Positions 24,700-36,562 of a DNA stretch of 64,000 nt are shown in pieces. Numbering within the stretch: position 1 is the stretch's first letter; every line of letters begins with the position of its first letter. The translations under genes and the position numbers were made by a program. Source of the stretch: Rhynchobatus australiae (Eukaryota); assembly GCA_034780895.1 (NCBI GenBank), contig JAUZTB010000069.1, forward strand, positions 15,205,397 to 15,269,396, read 5' to 3'. The notes under the pieces were generated by a model that searched no databases, was not told the DNA's origin, and worked only from the letters and a program-made list of their open reading frames with translations.

Positions 24700-26340
24700 C
24701 TTGTGTTTCCACCTTGTCGAGGCTGAGCTCCAAGTCATCATCAGTTCATGGACAGGCTTTAAATTAATCATCTACAAAACAAAGGTCCCTCCAACAATAA
24801 GGTTCCCTGATGTCCACCACCCTTCAACAATAAAGGTTCATGGTGATGGACTACATTCCCCATTTCAGAGTCACCTCTCAGCCAACAAAGACATCAATGA
24901 TGAAGTTCACCTGTAGCACAGCCTTTAGTGACTGAGGAAATGGGTGTATGAATAACAAGGCCTCACACCTGGCACAAGCCTCATGGTATCGTGGTTCTGA
25001 GTACTGGCCCTTGATTTGGCTCCTTAGATGCCTTGTTGTATAGCATATGGATTCCATGCTGGACTGATTGCATAATGACACACACCTGANNNNNNNNNNN
25101 NNNNNNNNNNNNNNNNNNNNNNNNNNNNNNNNNNNNNNNNNNNNNNNNNNNNNNNNNNNNNNNNNNNNNNNNNNNNNNNNNNNNNNNNNATCCTGACTCC
25201 AGTCTTGTACCAGTGTGCTGTATTTGGGTTCTCTGTGAGCTTGCTCTTTGCTCAACATTGTGACACGTGGTCTGTTGGGTAGCAGTGATCCCTGCCCTTC
25301 GATATGCTTCTGAAACATGGACTACCTATAGCAGGAACCTCACGTTACTGGAAAGACACCACCAGCAGGGATGATACTGCATAGGAAGCTGTTGAGAGGA
25401 GGTTTACTCGACAAACACCAGAATGGGCAGGTTGTCTTTGGAAGAAAGGTTCAACAGACTTTTTTCTTGCATCTGCTGGAGTCTCAAAGGGGAACGATTG
25501 TCACATATAAGATCCTGTGGGTTCTTGATAAGGTGGATCTGGGGAGGAATTTCTTCTTGTGGAGAAATCTATAAGTAGGGATCACTAAAAACAAAGGTTC
25601 ATCCATTTAAGGCAGAGACAATGTGAACTTTTTTGAGAGTCTTTGAATATTTGAGAGTCTCAATAAGCAAGTGGGTTAAAGGTTACTGTGGGTAGCTGGC
25701 AATACAAAACTGAGGTTACAATCAGATCAGCTGCAATTTTACTTGCTGGCTGAGCAGACTTGAGGGGCTGAGAGGCCTATTCCTACTCCTAATTCACATA
25801 CGTGTATGTTTTACTGTGACTGCCTCTGCAATGTTCTTGAAATCCACTGGAAGAATAAGCAGGTAAACATCAGTGATCTTTCCCAAACCAGGGCCTCCAG
25901 CACCGAGGCCCTAGCTACACTCAGTTCCCTCCCTTTGGCAGGCCATATTATTTGCCTGGCTGACACCCAGACTGCTGAACCAGATACCCGGTTCTGAGCT
26001 CTGTAATGGGAAGGTGCCAGCAGGTGGCCAGAGGAAAACATTCAGGATGTTCCCATAGCCTCCGAGTAAAAGTGCAGCATGCCCACTGACTCCTTATCAC
26101 TGGCCCATGTCCCCTCAAAGTGGACTAGTAGCACTTGGGATGACATTGAGAAGCTCACGTTCGACCATCAGGAGCAGACAGAAGCCCAGAATGAATGGTG
26201 GAAGGAGTGCGGCGGATCCCAAACTACCCACCACCCATCCTGCCAGGCACTTCCTGCCCCATCAATGGAACTGTCTGTGGATCTCATCAGAAGGCACAGG
26301 GCCAAAGCAGAAGCAGATCATCCTCAATCCCAAGGGACCA
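24700..26340 (+). mobile_element. Decayed RTE LINE, RT C-terminal half to 3' end, interrupted by a gap and a CR1
   Basis: EAELQVII...YKTKV...SHLSANKDINDEVH; SETWTTYSRNLTLLERHHQ; CLCNVLEIHWKNKQVNISDL...LAGHII. Confidence 0.8.
25370..25808 (+). mobile_element. CR1 3' fragment nested in the RTE
   Basis: ERRFTR-like start, YKILWVLDKVD, and tail gaggggctgagaggcctattcctactcctaa. Confidence 0.75.
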
Positions 26341-26974
26341 CTTCCCAAGATTTCACAGTTGAAAAATGGTTTGAGCATGAAAGCTGTGGTATAAATATAA
26401 ATTCTACATTTAATAACATATTGGCACAGGCACAATGGGCCAAGCAGAGCCCTTCAATGCAGTAACACCCATGATAAATCCTACTGACACTCTCACATAT
26501 GCATACTTACACCCACATGCTTGCATTCTGTCACTGAGTCACATCTTCCCCCCAACCACCAATAAAGCTTTGATGAGTCAGTAAAAGGTGCATTTGCAAT
26601 TTTTATTTTCTTTCTGAGAAACAGGAGCCTTGCTGATTATAAACAAACTTAATCAGATAAATGTCTGGTTAAGTATGGGCCTCCCAAAGTAACTCGGGCA
26701 TATCTAGTATCTGGTGAGGAAATGAGATCTGGACCAGGCACGCCTGAGGTTCAACCTCTGCCTGTTCTGAGCTGCATACCTAATGTCAGCCAAAGGACTG
26801 CAGATGCCTAAGTGCTCAAGGGGTGGGAAGGGTAAATATCAGCTAAGGCTTGCATCCTGATCACTGGCTGATATTGGGCCAGACTCTGATAATCAACCCA
26901 CTGACACTCTTTCCTGCTGACATGCAGAGACTCAGCAGAAACAGGCACAAATCAGGGTAGTTTTGGACTTGGAT

Positions 26975-27185
26975 TAAATAAGAACAGAAATTTCTGGAAA
27001 TACTCAGTAGATCAGGTAGCAGCTGTGGAGAGAGAAGCAGAGTTAACATTTCAGGTTGACATCCTCTCATCAGGCCTGAAGAATGACCATTGACCTGACA
27101 CATTAACACTGTTTTTCTCTCCACTGATGCTGCCTGACCTGCTGACTGTTTTCATCATCTTCTGTTTTTAATTTCAGATTTTTAG
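26975..27185. mobile_element. Palindromic Penelope-derived element with hammerhead-like cores in both arms (best copy of the family)
   Basis: Two inverted arms around tcatcaggcctgaaga. Minus arm CTGATGA-G-AGG..CCT-GAAA-TGTT, plus arm CTGAAGA...GACA. Confidence 0.7.
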
Positions 27186-28395
27186 CGTGTTCAGTACGGG
27201 ACTGGCCACCCAATGTACTTTGCACCCAAGATTCAGTTCCATTATGTGTCACAGAATGAATGATCAGGAGCTGCACATATTAGTGCCCAATCCAATCCTG
27301 CTCATTTTGTGCCATCACCCAAGGTCAGGAATCTGAGAATTAGAGCTGCATGTGGAACAATGCCCTGGCTGAAGTTAACACATTTTGAAGAGGGATGCAG
27401 GATTAAAGATTTATCAATCCAGATAGAAGATCAAGTATTTTGCAGGTCACGATAATTCCTCTGCTATTGACCATTGTATTGAATCACCCATCACTGTTTT
27501 GGACAGTTCTAAAGTTTGGCACTGTCTTCCTCTGCGCATTACATGGAAATCCCAAGTTGGTGATTATCCAGTTTCCTCTAAAATTAGGCTAGTGGTGCAA
27601 TGGATGAAGTGTCTGCATTGATTTACTGTCCTTCAAGTCATAGGTTCTGCAGGGATCTGCAGGTTTAGCCTTATATAACTCATGGTCTGTCCAATCGCCT
27701 TTTTAACCTTAAGAATGGCTCCTCCATTAGTCCACTAAGATTCACTTACTCATTGAGATACATCTATCCAAAATTAGAACACAGCACTCCCTCTGCATCC
27801 ATATTTTTCAAGTCTCTGCTAACACGCATGTTACACAGGATAAAGGGGATAGATTATCCTTCAGTGTGAAATTCATCTTTCACCCGTGGCCCCAGGCTCT
27901 TTCTCATGACCCTTTCCTTTCTCTACTTCACTGATCCTATTGCAGTGCATTCTCCTCTGCACCTTCCTCTCCTGCTTTCTAAGCTGCACATTTTCTCCTC
28001 CATCTTCTCACACTGTTCTTCACAGCTTCCACTCTTTAGAATTCAAAACCTGAAGCTTGTTACCTGCATCCTCTTTCCTTCCTGCCACAGAGTTCAGGGT
28101 GTGTAAGTAAGTGCTTTGCATCACCCGGTCACTGTTTTGTGACTGATTCACAGCACAGCAGCAGTCCAACTGACCTACATAAGTGTTTGAGAACCACAGA
28201 CCTCCTTCCACCACTCTATATTCTTCTATTTCACCCTCACATTTTTACCCAGCTTTACTTCACTTATTGGTGCCTCTTGTCCCAACTACTGCTTGTAATA
28301 GTCAGCTCTATATTCTAACCACTTTCTGGGAAAAATACCTGAGATTTTTCTTGGATTTATTTTATCGCTATGGATTCTAGTTCTGGTTCCCCAGC

Positions 28396-28724
28396 AAAAG
28401 CTTGAAAACACGTACCACCAGGCTCAAGGACAACTTCTATCCCGCTGAAGCAAGACTCGTAAACAGACCTCCTGTATGTTAAAGATGGACCCTTGACCTC
28501 AGAATCTACCTCATCATAGCCCTTGCACCTTATTGTCTATCTGCTTCTCTTGCTTGAAAGTGCTTCCCTGTAACTGTAACACTATGTGCTGCATTCTGTT
28601 ATTGCTTTTCCCTTGTACTAACTAAAAAGTACTTATGTTTTGAAATGATCTATATGGATGGCTTGTAAAACTAAGTTTTTCACTGTATCTCAATACACGT
28701 GACTATAATAAACCAATACCAATA
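28396..28724 (+). mobile_element. Rex1/Babar LINE 3' end
   Basis: KSLKTRTTRLKDNFYP, then a 3' UTR ending aataaaccaataccaata. Paralogous to 1798-2148. Confidence 0.8.
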
Positions 28725-29519
28725 ATCTGCCCTAATGAGTTGCAGGTCAATCTGATAACCTCACAACCTGAGTAAACATTCCCGGCTTGAATTTTGCTTG
28801 GCCTTGATGACATTTTATTCTGTAGAACTTCCCCTCCACTTACCTTGAAAGTAAGCAGAAAGGGTTTTGACTTATCATTGCTTTGGGACCTGTTCAGGAA
28901 AAAATATTTAGCTGCAAGACTTCAGTGCTAAATGAATTGTAACCATTTGTTCTTCTACAAAAAACCAGGAAATTCCATAGATGTATGATCCACAACTGGA
29001 ATAAATTGATATGGATAGCTGATGCCATACCGTCCTTTGTGATCTTTTTAACTCCCCACATTGTTTCAATAACATAGGAATGGCTAAGTCCAGCAATGAC
29101 ATATTGCACAATATGCTGCAATCCATTTGCATTCTGCAAGCTCCCACAAACTGTGAACACCGGCTCATCTGTTTTCAGTGACACTACTTGAAGAGCAAGT
29201 GTTCAGCAGGATGCTGGGAATGTCAGTCCAGAGGTTTGTCATCAAGTCAGGAGAGAGAAGCTGAAGCCACACCTGCTGACTCACAAGTGAGGATGCTGTT
29301 ATCTTGGCAGCCTACCTTTCCCACACCCACCAATGAAGCTCGTTGTTGATGCGCCGGTAAAAGGTAAAGCAAGAGTGCAGAAAGAGTGCTGTTACCATTA
29401 GAGCGCTAGGGGATAGGCAATGCTATATTTCAAGGAAAATAATGACCCGATTCTCCACTTTAACCATATATTGTGTGTGATATTTGCTATTGTTAATTTT
29501 GCAGTGATTTGCATTGTTG

Positions 29520-29653
29520 GAGACACAGGAGATGGCAGATGCTGGAATCTGGAGCGAGAAACAAACTGCTGGAGGAACTCAGCAGGTCAAGCAGCATCTG
29601 TGGAGGGAAATGGACAGTTGATGATTCAGGTCGAGACTCTTCATCTGGACTGA
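29520..29653 (-). mobile_element. Penelope-derived arm (second subfamily); related copies at 17510-17647, 22863-22993 and 49155-49280
   Basis: gatgctggaatctggagc...ggaggaactcagcaggtcaagcagcatctgtggaggg...gagactcttcatctggactga. Confidence 0.7.
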
Positions 29654-30961
29654 TAGAGTTTTCCATTGTTGCTGGGTCACTTCTCTCTCTGTAAGGTTAA
29701 AGCTCTACCATACTGATATTAGCATGGTCAATATTTATCTCTNNNNNNNNNNNNNNNNNNNNNNNNNNNNNNNNNNNNNNNNNNNNNNNNNNNNNNNNNN
29801 NNNNNNNNNNNNNNNNNNNNNNNNNNNNNNNNNNNNNNNNNNAATCTACTGACAGGATATCCATCTGCCTCTCTAGCTCTCTAGACTTGTTCACCTTCAG
29901 TGGTGTCTCTTTCCCTGCTAACTTTTCATAAGATTTTGACCAAAACCCACAGCCACACCGCATTTCTTTCCTTAGCAAATGTTCCCAGCTCCAACTTGTT
30001 CCACATGGATTCCAACTGAAATTCTGCTCTTTGCACCCACTCAGCATCACGTATGTGCTCAAACTATCCAAGGTCTCTCAAGGTACTGTTCGCTTCCTCA
30101 TACCTACACTCAATGCCATGTGTTGGCACATGCATGCTCTTCACTTCTCTCTGGGACAACACTAACTCATTCTCAAACGGGTCATGGCTCACAGTTCCAC
30201 TTCATTCCTCACTGCATTCAGATCTGCAATAAATACCTTTTCTTCCTTTCAGACATCCAAGATCAGAAATTCAAACAACTCTGGCATTCCAATATCCCTC
30301 TGGGCCTCTCTTCCCTTTCACTTTCCTCAGATGCCATCTCTGTCCCAATCCCATCCCTTGCTGTGTTTTCAGCACCCCTTCTGGCCTTCCCCCTCTCTGA
30401 TCCCTAACATTAAGGATCTTGTCATTTATCCTCTCACCGTGAAAGCCTGTGGGTGCAAGTTGGCTGCTTTATTGCCCAACATCACACTTCAAAACTACTT
30501 CATTGCACTTAAAAGTGCTGACCCAGTGAAAGGCACTAAAATAATGCAGGTTCCATTTTCTCTAACCAGATGGGTTAATCTAGAATTGATGCAGATTGTA
30601 ATCTTTCCTTGACAGCATGTGCAAAGTCAACACAGCTTCAAAAATGAAAGGAGGGAAAAGGTCAATAGTATTGGATCTGGTCCAGGTCAAGCCACTGTGG
30701 ACAGCAGTTCCAAAGGGAACCACTAACATTTAGCCACTCGGAAGGAAGTCTGTCTCAGACTGAGTGAAGTGTGCCAGTGCATTGTGTTGCCAAGGAACCT
30801 AATCATAATGCGATTCCACTGGGAATAACTGGCTCTGCGATCCTAATTAGCCAGATCTGAGGATAGAAAGGAAAAGGTAAGTTCAACTGTTTTCTTCAAC
30901 TTCTTTTTGTTATCTTCATGTTTTTAATTATTAATAATTTAAATAAATTTAAAATAAGTTT

Positions 30962-31196
30962 TATTTACAGCATGGTAACAGGCCCTTCTGGCCCAACGAG
31001 TCCACACCACCCATTTTAACCCCCCAAATTAACCTACCCGTACGTCTTTGGAATGTAGGAGGAAACCGGAGCACCTGGAGGAAACCCATACAGACACGGG
31101 AGAACGTACAAACTCCTTATAGGCAGCAGCGGGAATCGAACCCAGGTCGCTGGTGCTGTAATAGCGTCGTGCTAACCACTACGCTACTGTGCCTCC
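30962..31196 (-). mobile_element. tRNA-derived V-SINE, well preserved
   Basis: Minus strand A box TAGCGTAGTGG and B box GGTTCGATTCCC, V-domain gtttcctccaggtgctccggtttcctcc, CR1-type tail gaagggcctgttacc. Confidence 0.9.
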
Positions 31197-31275
31197 CTAA
31201 CACATTTTACTTTTAGAATGCTATTAATTTTTAGTGATAGAACACTTCAAATATTCTTTACATTATTCTGTACAT

Positions 31276-31637
31276 CGGAGTCATTTGAAAACTCAGGGCA
31301 GCACAATGGTGTTGTTAGTAGACCTACTGCCTCCTAGATCTAATCACCCAGTTACTGGTGTTGCCTGCGTGGAGTTTGGATGTTCTCCCTGTGACTGTGC
31401 AAGTTTCCTCCAGTTGCTCTGGATTCCTCACTTATCCCAATAACATGCTGACTGGCAGGTGAATTGGCCACTGAAATTGCCCCTAGTGTGTAGGTGAGTG
31501 GTGGAATCTGAGGGAATTGATGGGAATGTGGCGAGACTAAAAAATGGGATTAATGTAGGATTAGTGTAAATGGGTGCTTGACAGTTGGTGCAGACTCATT
31601 GGGACAAAGGGTCTGTTTCCATGTTGCATGACTCTAC
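31276..31637 (+). mobile_element. V-SINE (HE1-like), older copy
   Basis: gggcagcacaatgg head, gtggagtttggatgttctccctgtgact, V-domain, and tail aagggtctgtttccatgttgcatgactcta. Confidence 0.85.
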
Positions 31638-32120
31638 AGATTATGAAAAATGACACTTCACGGCAGAGACAGACAGAATGTTCTGGGGATGGGGCTTCAG
31701 TGGGTCACCAGCAGAGACCTACTCACAGCTGAGGCCTCTCTACCCCTCAGCACAAGGATTTGTTGGCCCAGGATGAATGGAACGGCATGTGGAGAGTGTG
31801 AGGGGCAAGTCTGGGTGGCAAGGCAAACCAAGGACAACTCAGCCCAATATTTTCAGCAATCATGCTGAAAAATAAAACACAAGTAGAATTTATCTAAAAT
31901 AATGCTAGATAGGAATAGATTCAATAAGTCAAAGAATAATTACAAGAATGAATCATCACAGCTGAATTACTCTGTATTATATCACACTTAATTTGCTATG
32001 CTACAACTTTATTTCATTATTTCTCAAATGTAAGGCAAAATCAGTCTGAGGTTCTGAAGGTTTGCATGGAATTGTACAATGTTGTGCGCAGTATGTTAAT
32101 TTGACTGCTTTTGGACGGAG

Positions 32121-32190
32121 ACACACACATGCACGTGCGCACACACACACACACACATGCACGCACGCATACACACGTGCACACACACAT
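32121..32190. repeat. Imperfect (CA)n microsatellite, 70 bp of strict purine-pyrimidine alternation
   Basis: acacacacatgcacgtgcgcacac...cacgtgcacacacacat. Confidence 0.95.
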
Positions 32191-33545
32191 CGTACACAAA
32201 AATTCTTAACTACTTCCCAACTTCACCAGGATCATGGAACAGTATTGCTCAGAATCTTGCCATTCAGCCCATCATGTTAGCACTGAACTTTCAAACTGCA
32301 ATATAATTGTACTCCTCCTCCCTTCGCTTTTGCATGTCCTTGCATTATGTTACTTCAAGTATTTATCCCATTTCCTTTTGACAGCTGCCACTGAATCTGC
32401 TTCCTTCTTCAGGAAGAGCATTCCAAATGCTAAACAGAAATACAAATACAAAGATCAATTCCCTCAAGGTGCTGCTAGTTCTTTTGCCTATCTCCTTAAA
32501 TCCAGCTCCTCCAGTCATCATTCCTGGGAAACATTTCCTCTATTGAGTCAAAACTTCATAGTTATTTTGATTAAGCTTGTTTGATATAGAACCCAAAGTA
32601 TTGCTCTATATTTGATATGAAAAGAGTTTGAACAAAACAAGAGGCAAAATCATACTTGCTTTTCTGTCCACCTGGGTTAAGATTGCTGATGGAGAGTCAT
32701 AACCTGTGAAATGATTGACAGATGGGGAGAACAATGGAAACATTCTGTGTGACGAGCAACTCAGGTTAACACGATATGACAATCGATTAGAGGCAAGTCA
32801 GAGCAACTCATTTCACTGGCTTCTCTGTAGGTTTCATTCATCATTCCAAATGGTGCATTTTCATATTAGTGTTTTTCCCACTCCTGTGAAGATTAGGAGA
32901 TTAGACATTTAGTTCAGGCTTTACTTATCTAATGCTCCAAGGAACATTAATCATTACTTCTTTTTTTGCCGAGAGTACACGATAATGTGTATCACTGACA
33001 GGATGAGCATGTCATTGTTCTCCTGGCACATTTCTGGTCAGCACCGCGAGGGGAAGTGGAAGAAGGGGTGGGTTTAGTTGCCCCCTTTATCCTGTGCTTA
33101 TTCAACAACTTCATGTTTATATCCATTCATTTTTTGGGATATAAGCACCTCTTGCATGGCCAGTATTTATTGCCCATTAATAACCGCCCATTGAGTAGAT
33201 GGTGGCGAGCTGCCTTCTTGAACTGCTGCAGTCCTGCTGCAGGTGCTCCCACGGTGTTGTTTGGGAAGGAGCTCCAGGTTTAGAGTGCTTCAACATTATC
33301 AGATCAACTTGATAGAGAAGCACATGCCGAAGAACATTTGGTAGTGGAGGGAAGCGGTTCCCTTCAGCAGATGGTTCAAAGAGAAGGAGAGAGATTTAAA
33401 ATTCTTTGCAAGATATAGAAGGGGAATACGAGAAAAGGAGAGCAATGATGTGGAATTAACTGCTTGATGGTGGAAATAAAATGAAGCAGGGCATCAGAGG
33501 GGAACATAATGCTTGCTTGGGTACATGAGTCATACAGTTGTAGAT

Positions 33546-33959
33546 ACAGCACAGAAACAGGCCCTTCTGCTCACTGAGTTCACACTGACCACCAACCACC
33601 CATTCACAACAATCTGAATTAATCCCAATTTATATTCTCCCACGTTCTCATCAACTCTCCCCAGATTCTACCACTCACCCACACATGATGGGAAATTTAC
33701 AGTGGCCAATTAACCTGCCAACCTGCGCAGCTTTAAGATGCGGGAGGAAACCAGAGCACCCAGAGGAAACCCACATGGTCACAGGAAGAACGTGTAAACT
33801 CTGTACTGCTGCCGCAAAGCAACAAATTTCATGTCATATAAGTCGATGATAACAAATCTCATTCTGAACTCCACACAGGCGGCACCCAAGGTCAGGAATG
33901 AAGCTGGGACGTTGGTGCTGTGAGGCAATAGCTCTACTAGCTGCACCACTCGGCCACCC
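33546..33959 (-). mobile_element. V-SINE (HE1-like) containing a nested 65-bp LINE tail
   Basis: Reverse complement matches 31276-31637. The insert at 33802-33866 is flanked by aactc duplications. Confidence 0.85.
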
Positions 33960-36030
33960 TCAGATGGAATAACCTCTGGGGAAAGAGCAGGGAATGGGAC
34001 TGATGGCATTGTTCTATCAGTAAACAGCTTAAACTCGATGGGCTGAATGGTTTCTGTTATTTTATGATTAAGCTGGAAGTCCTAAATTTTGGCCGAAGAG
34101 ATGGGGTTGAAGGGACATCTTAAAAGATGAGAGAGAGGTTGGAGAGGCAGAGAGGTAGAGAGGTTTAGGAAGTGAATTCAAGCGTTTGGGGTCTAGGCAA
34201 TTGGAAATGTACATACAGTATATACAGTCATACAAACTCACCCTAACATACAGGGGGATTTCACTTTGTCTAATTATCAGTTTGTCATTCATGATGTCTC
34301 AATCATTGAACATTTTACTGAATTTTCACCAAGTTCACCACAAGGGTAGTCATTATCCAGAATCACTTCCCAGTAGCTATGCATCCCATCTTGAGTACAT
34401 GCCTTCTGAATAGATTTGTGTTAACTCTGTGACCATATCTATTTATACTGTTGCATGCCCGTCAAAACCTGGGCTGCTCTAGAAAAAATGGAAATGTTAT
34501 AGGGAGGATTGAAGTACTTTCTCAGTGTTAGAAGATCACTTTTATCACTTGGCTTGGAAAAAAATCCCATGAATTATGAATGTCTGTCTTTGTCATATTA
34601 ATTTTCACTGCCACCTTCTAAACTATGAAAAATCCAATCCATTTGCAGCAAGTTTAAATCACAGAGTCAACAATATGTTGCCAAAATAAAGATAAAGCTT
34701 TTTTATCCTGCCTTCTTTCAACAAAGATTATACAGGTGATATACTGTATATACAATAAATCAAGATATCCTTTGGAATTAATAAACATTCTCATCATTCA
34801 AATAAATTTTACAGACAGCCATTCAATAAGTAGATGTTTGATTAAGGATAGTAAAGACTTCTGAGGAGTTTCTGGAGATTTGATGGGAATTTCCATAAAA
34901 GGTGAGACTCCCACAGATTTTACACTATGGGTAATCCAAACTAATTTCACATACAGTAATGTATTCTATCTAATCCAGTCTAATCTAATCTAATCTCATC
35001 AAATTTAGTTCAATCCTATCCAAACAACCAATGTCTGATTAAAACATGTGGCAAACCTATTCTCTGTGTTTGTCAAACACTAATACATGTCATTATGTTA
35101 GCAAGACAACATTGTACCGGTGATGATACATGATTCTCCCATCTTCGATGCAAAGACAATGTCTCATGGAGAGGTGCCAGATTACTGAGTGTGTTCATTT
35201 GTCAAGCTTCTGACAGTGGAACTTGTCTCATCTATTTGGTTGGGAGAGCTGGCCAATTAAGACCATAGCTGACCTGAAAATGAAAATCAAAAAATATGCA
35301 GATGCAGAAAATCTGACAAAAGATGTTGCCTGACCTGCTGAATGTTTCCAGCATTGTCTCTTTTTATTACATAACTAACCAGAATGTGAGTCACACAAGA
35401 CGCTGTAAGAATGTTCTTGAGCAACCTCTGCTAACGGCCAGCTGCTCAAACATTTTGGTGTCACTCTCAGGGTTTACTGAATCTTGGTGGCCAGTGGTAA
35501 TATTCACTTCTTGTGTAATGTGTTATTGGTAGCCCTGGTGGTTTTGGCAGACATTTCTTCCTTAGTAAGACAGAAATGAGAACGTCAATCGATCAGCACT
35601 TGCACCTAACATTCAGACATGCTGTCACACCCTCATTCAGTTACCACAGCTTCAACACTCATTCCTCACAACTTGTACACACGGTCAGTTATTTATCTGT
35701 GACAGTGCATCACCTGATCACATAGTATGGTGACATTTGCCCCTCTCACACAGGTGAAGGGGAGCACAACTAGAGACTGTGGGGGGCTGCAGGACAGTAG
35801 GTGCAATTGCACAGACAATGACCACAAAGGGGATGGTGCACGCTCTCCAGTGTTTTGTCATTGATTACTGCTCCCAGGGTCAGCTTTCCTTGTAGAGCCC
35901 CTGCCACCTCCTGCTCCAGCCACAATGCATCATCCCTTCAAAGGGTGTAGTGATGAGCATCTAATGACTTCTGCAGTGTCGCAAGGCTAGCGGTGTTAGG
36001 GACAGGGGCTTTGAAGATGCATTCATTGAC

Positions 36031-36228
36031 CTTGCCCACCTGTGTGTGGTCATTGAACTTCTTGCAGCCCTGCATCATGCACTTGAGGCTCAACCCCGGA
36101 AAGGTAGCAGGAGCTAACTCCCTCATTCTCCCGTCACAGGTGGCTGGTAGGACTCCTGCTTCTCTCTTTTCTACCTCCTCTGCAAAGGCCTCCAGTACAG
36201 TGCCCAACTCTTCCGTGCCAATTGTCAT
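36031..36228 (-). mobile_element. Decayed PIF/Harbinger Myb/SANT-like gene fragment
   Basis: LEAFAEEVEKRE...CKKFNDHTQVGK followed by gt, resembling the Harbinger Myb-like domain (QCRKKFNDL). Assignment is from motif memory only. Confidence 0.5.
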
Positions 36229-36334
36229 TCCTCACTGTTTCCCAGGTCAGCTTTCCTTGGACCTACTCAACAACACATTGCTCCTTCAGGAGGCATGGGC
36301 TCACTTTAAGCAGCGCAGGCTGGTTTTAACTGGT

Positions 36335-36562
36335 TGAAAAGCAGAAACTGTTGGAAATACCCAGTCAGTTGGGCAGCAACTGTGGAGAGAGAAAAACAGA
36401 GCTAAAGTTTTTGATTAATTATCTTTTTTCATCAGAAAGATTGCAAATCTGAAACATTAACTCTTTTTCTCTCTCCACAGATGCTACCTGACATGCTGAG
36501 TATTTCCAGTTTTTGTGCTTTTGTTTCAGTTTTCCAGTATCTGCAGTTTTTTTTTTGCTTTT
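36335..36562. mobile_element. Palindromic Penelope-derived element
   Basis: Inverted arms gtggagagagaaaaacagagc / ctctttttctctctccacag around ttcatcag...ctgaaacatt. Confidence 0.7.

Noticed and set aside
31130-31196. tRNA-like A and B boxes
   Set aside because: Head of a V-SINE with no full cloverleaf, so not a tRNA gene.
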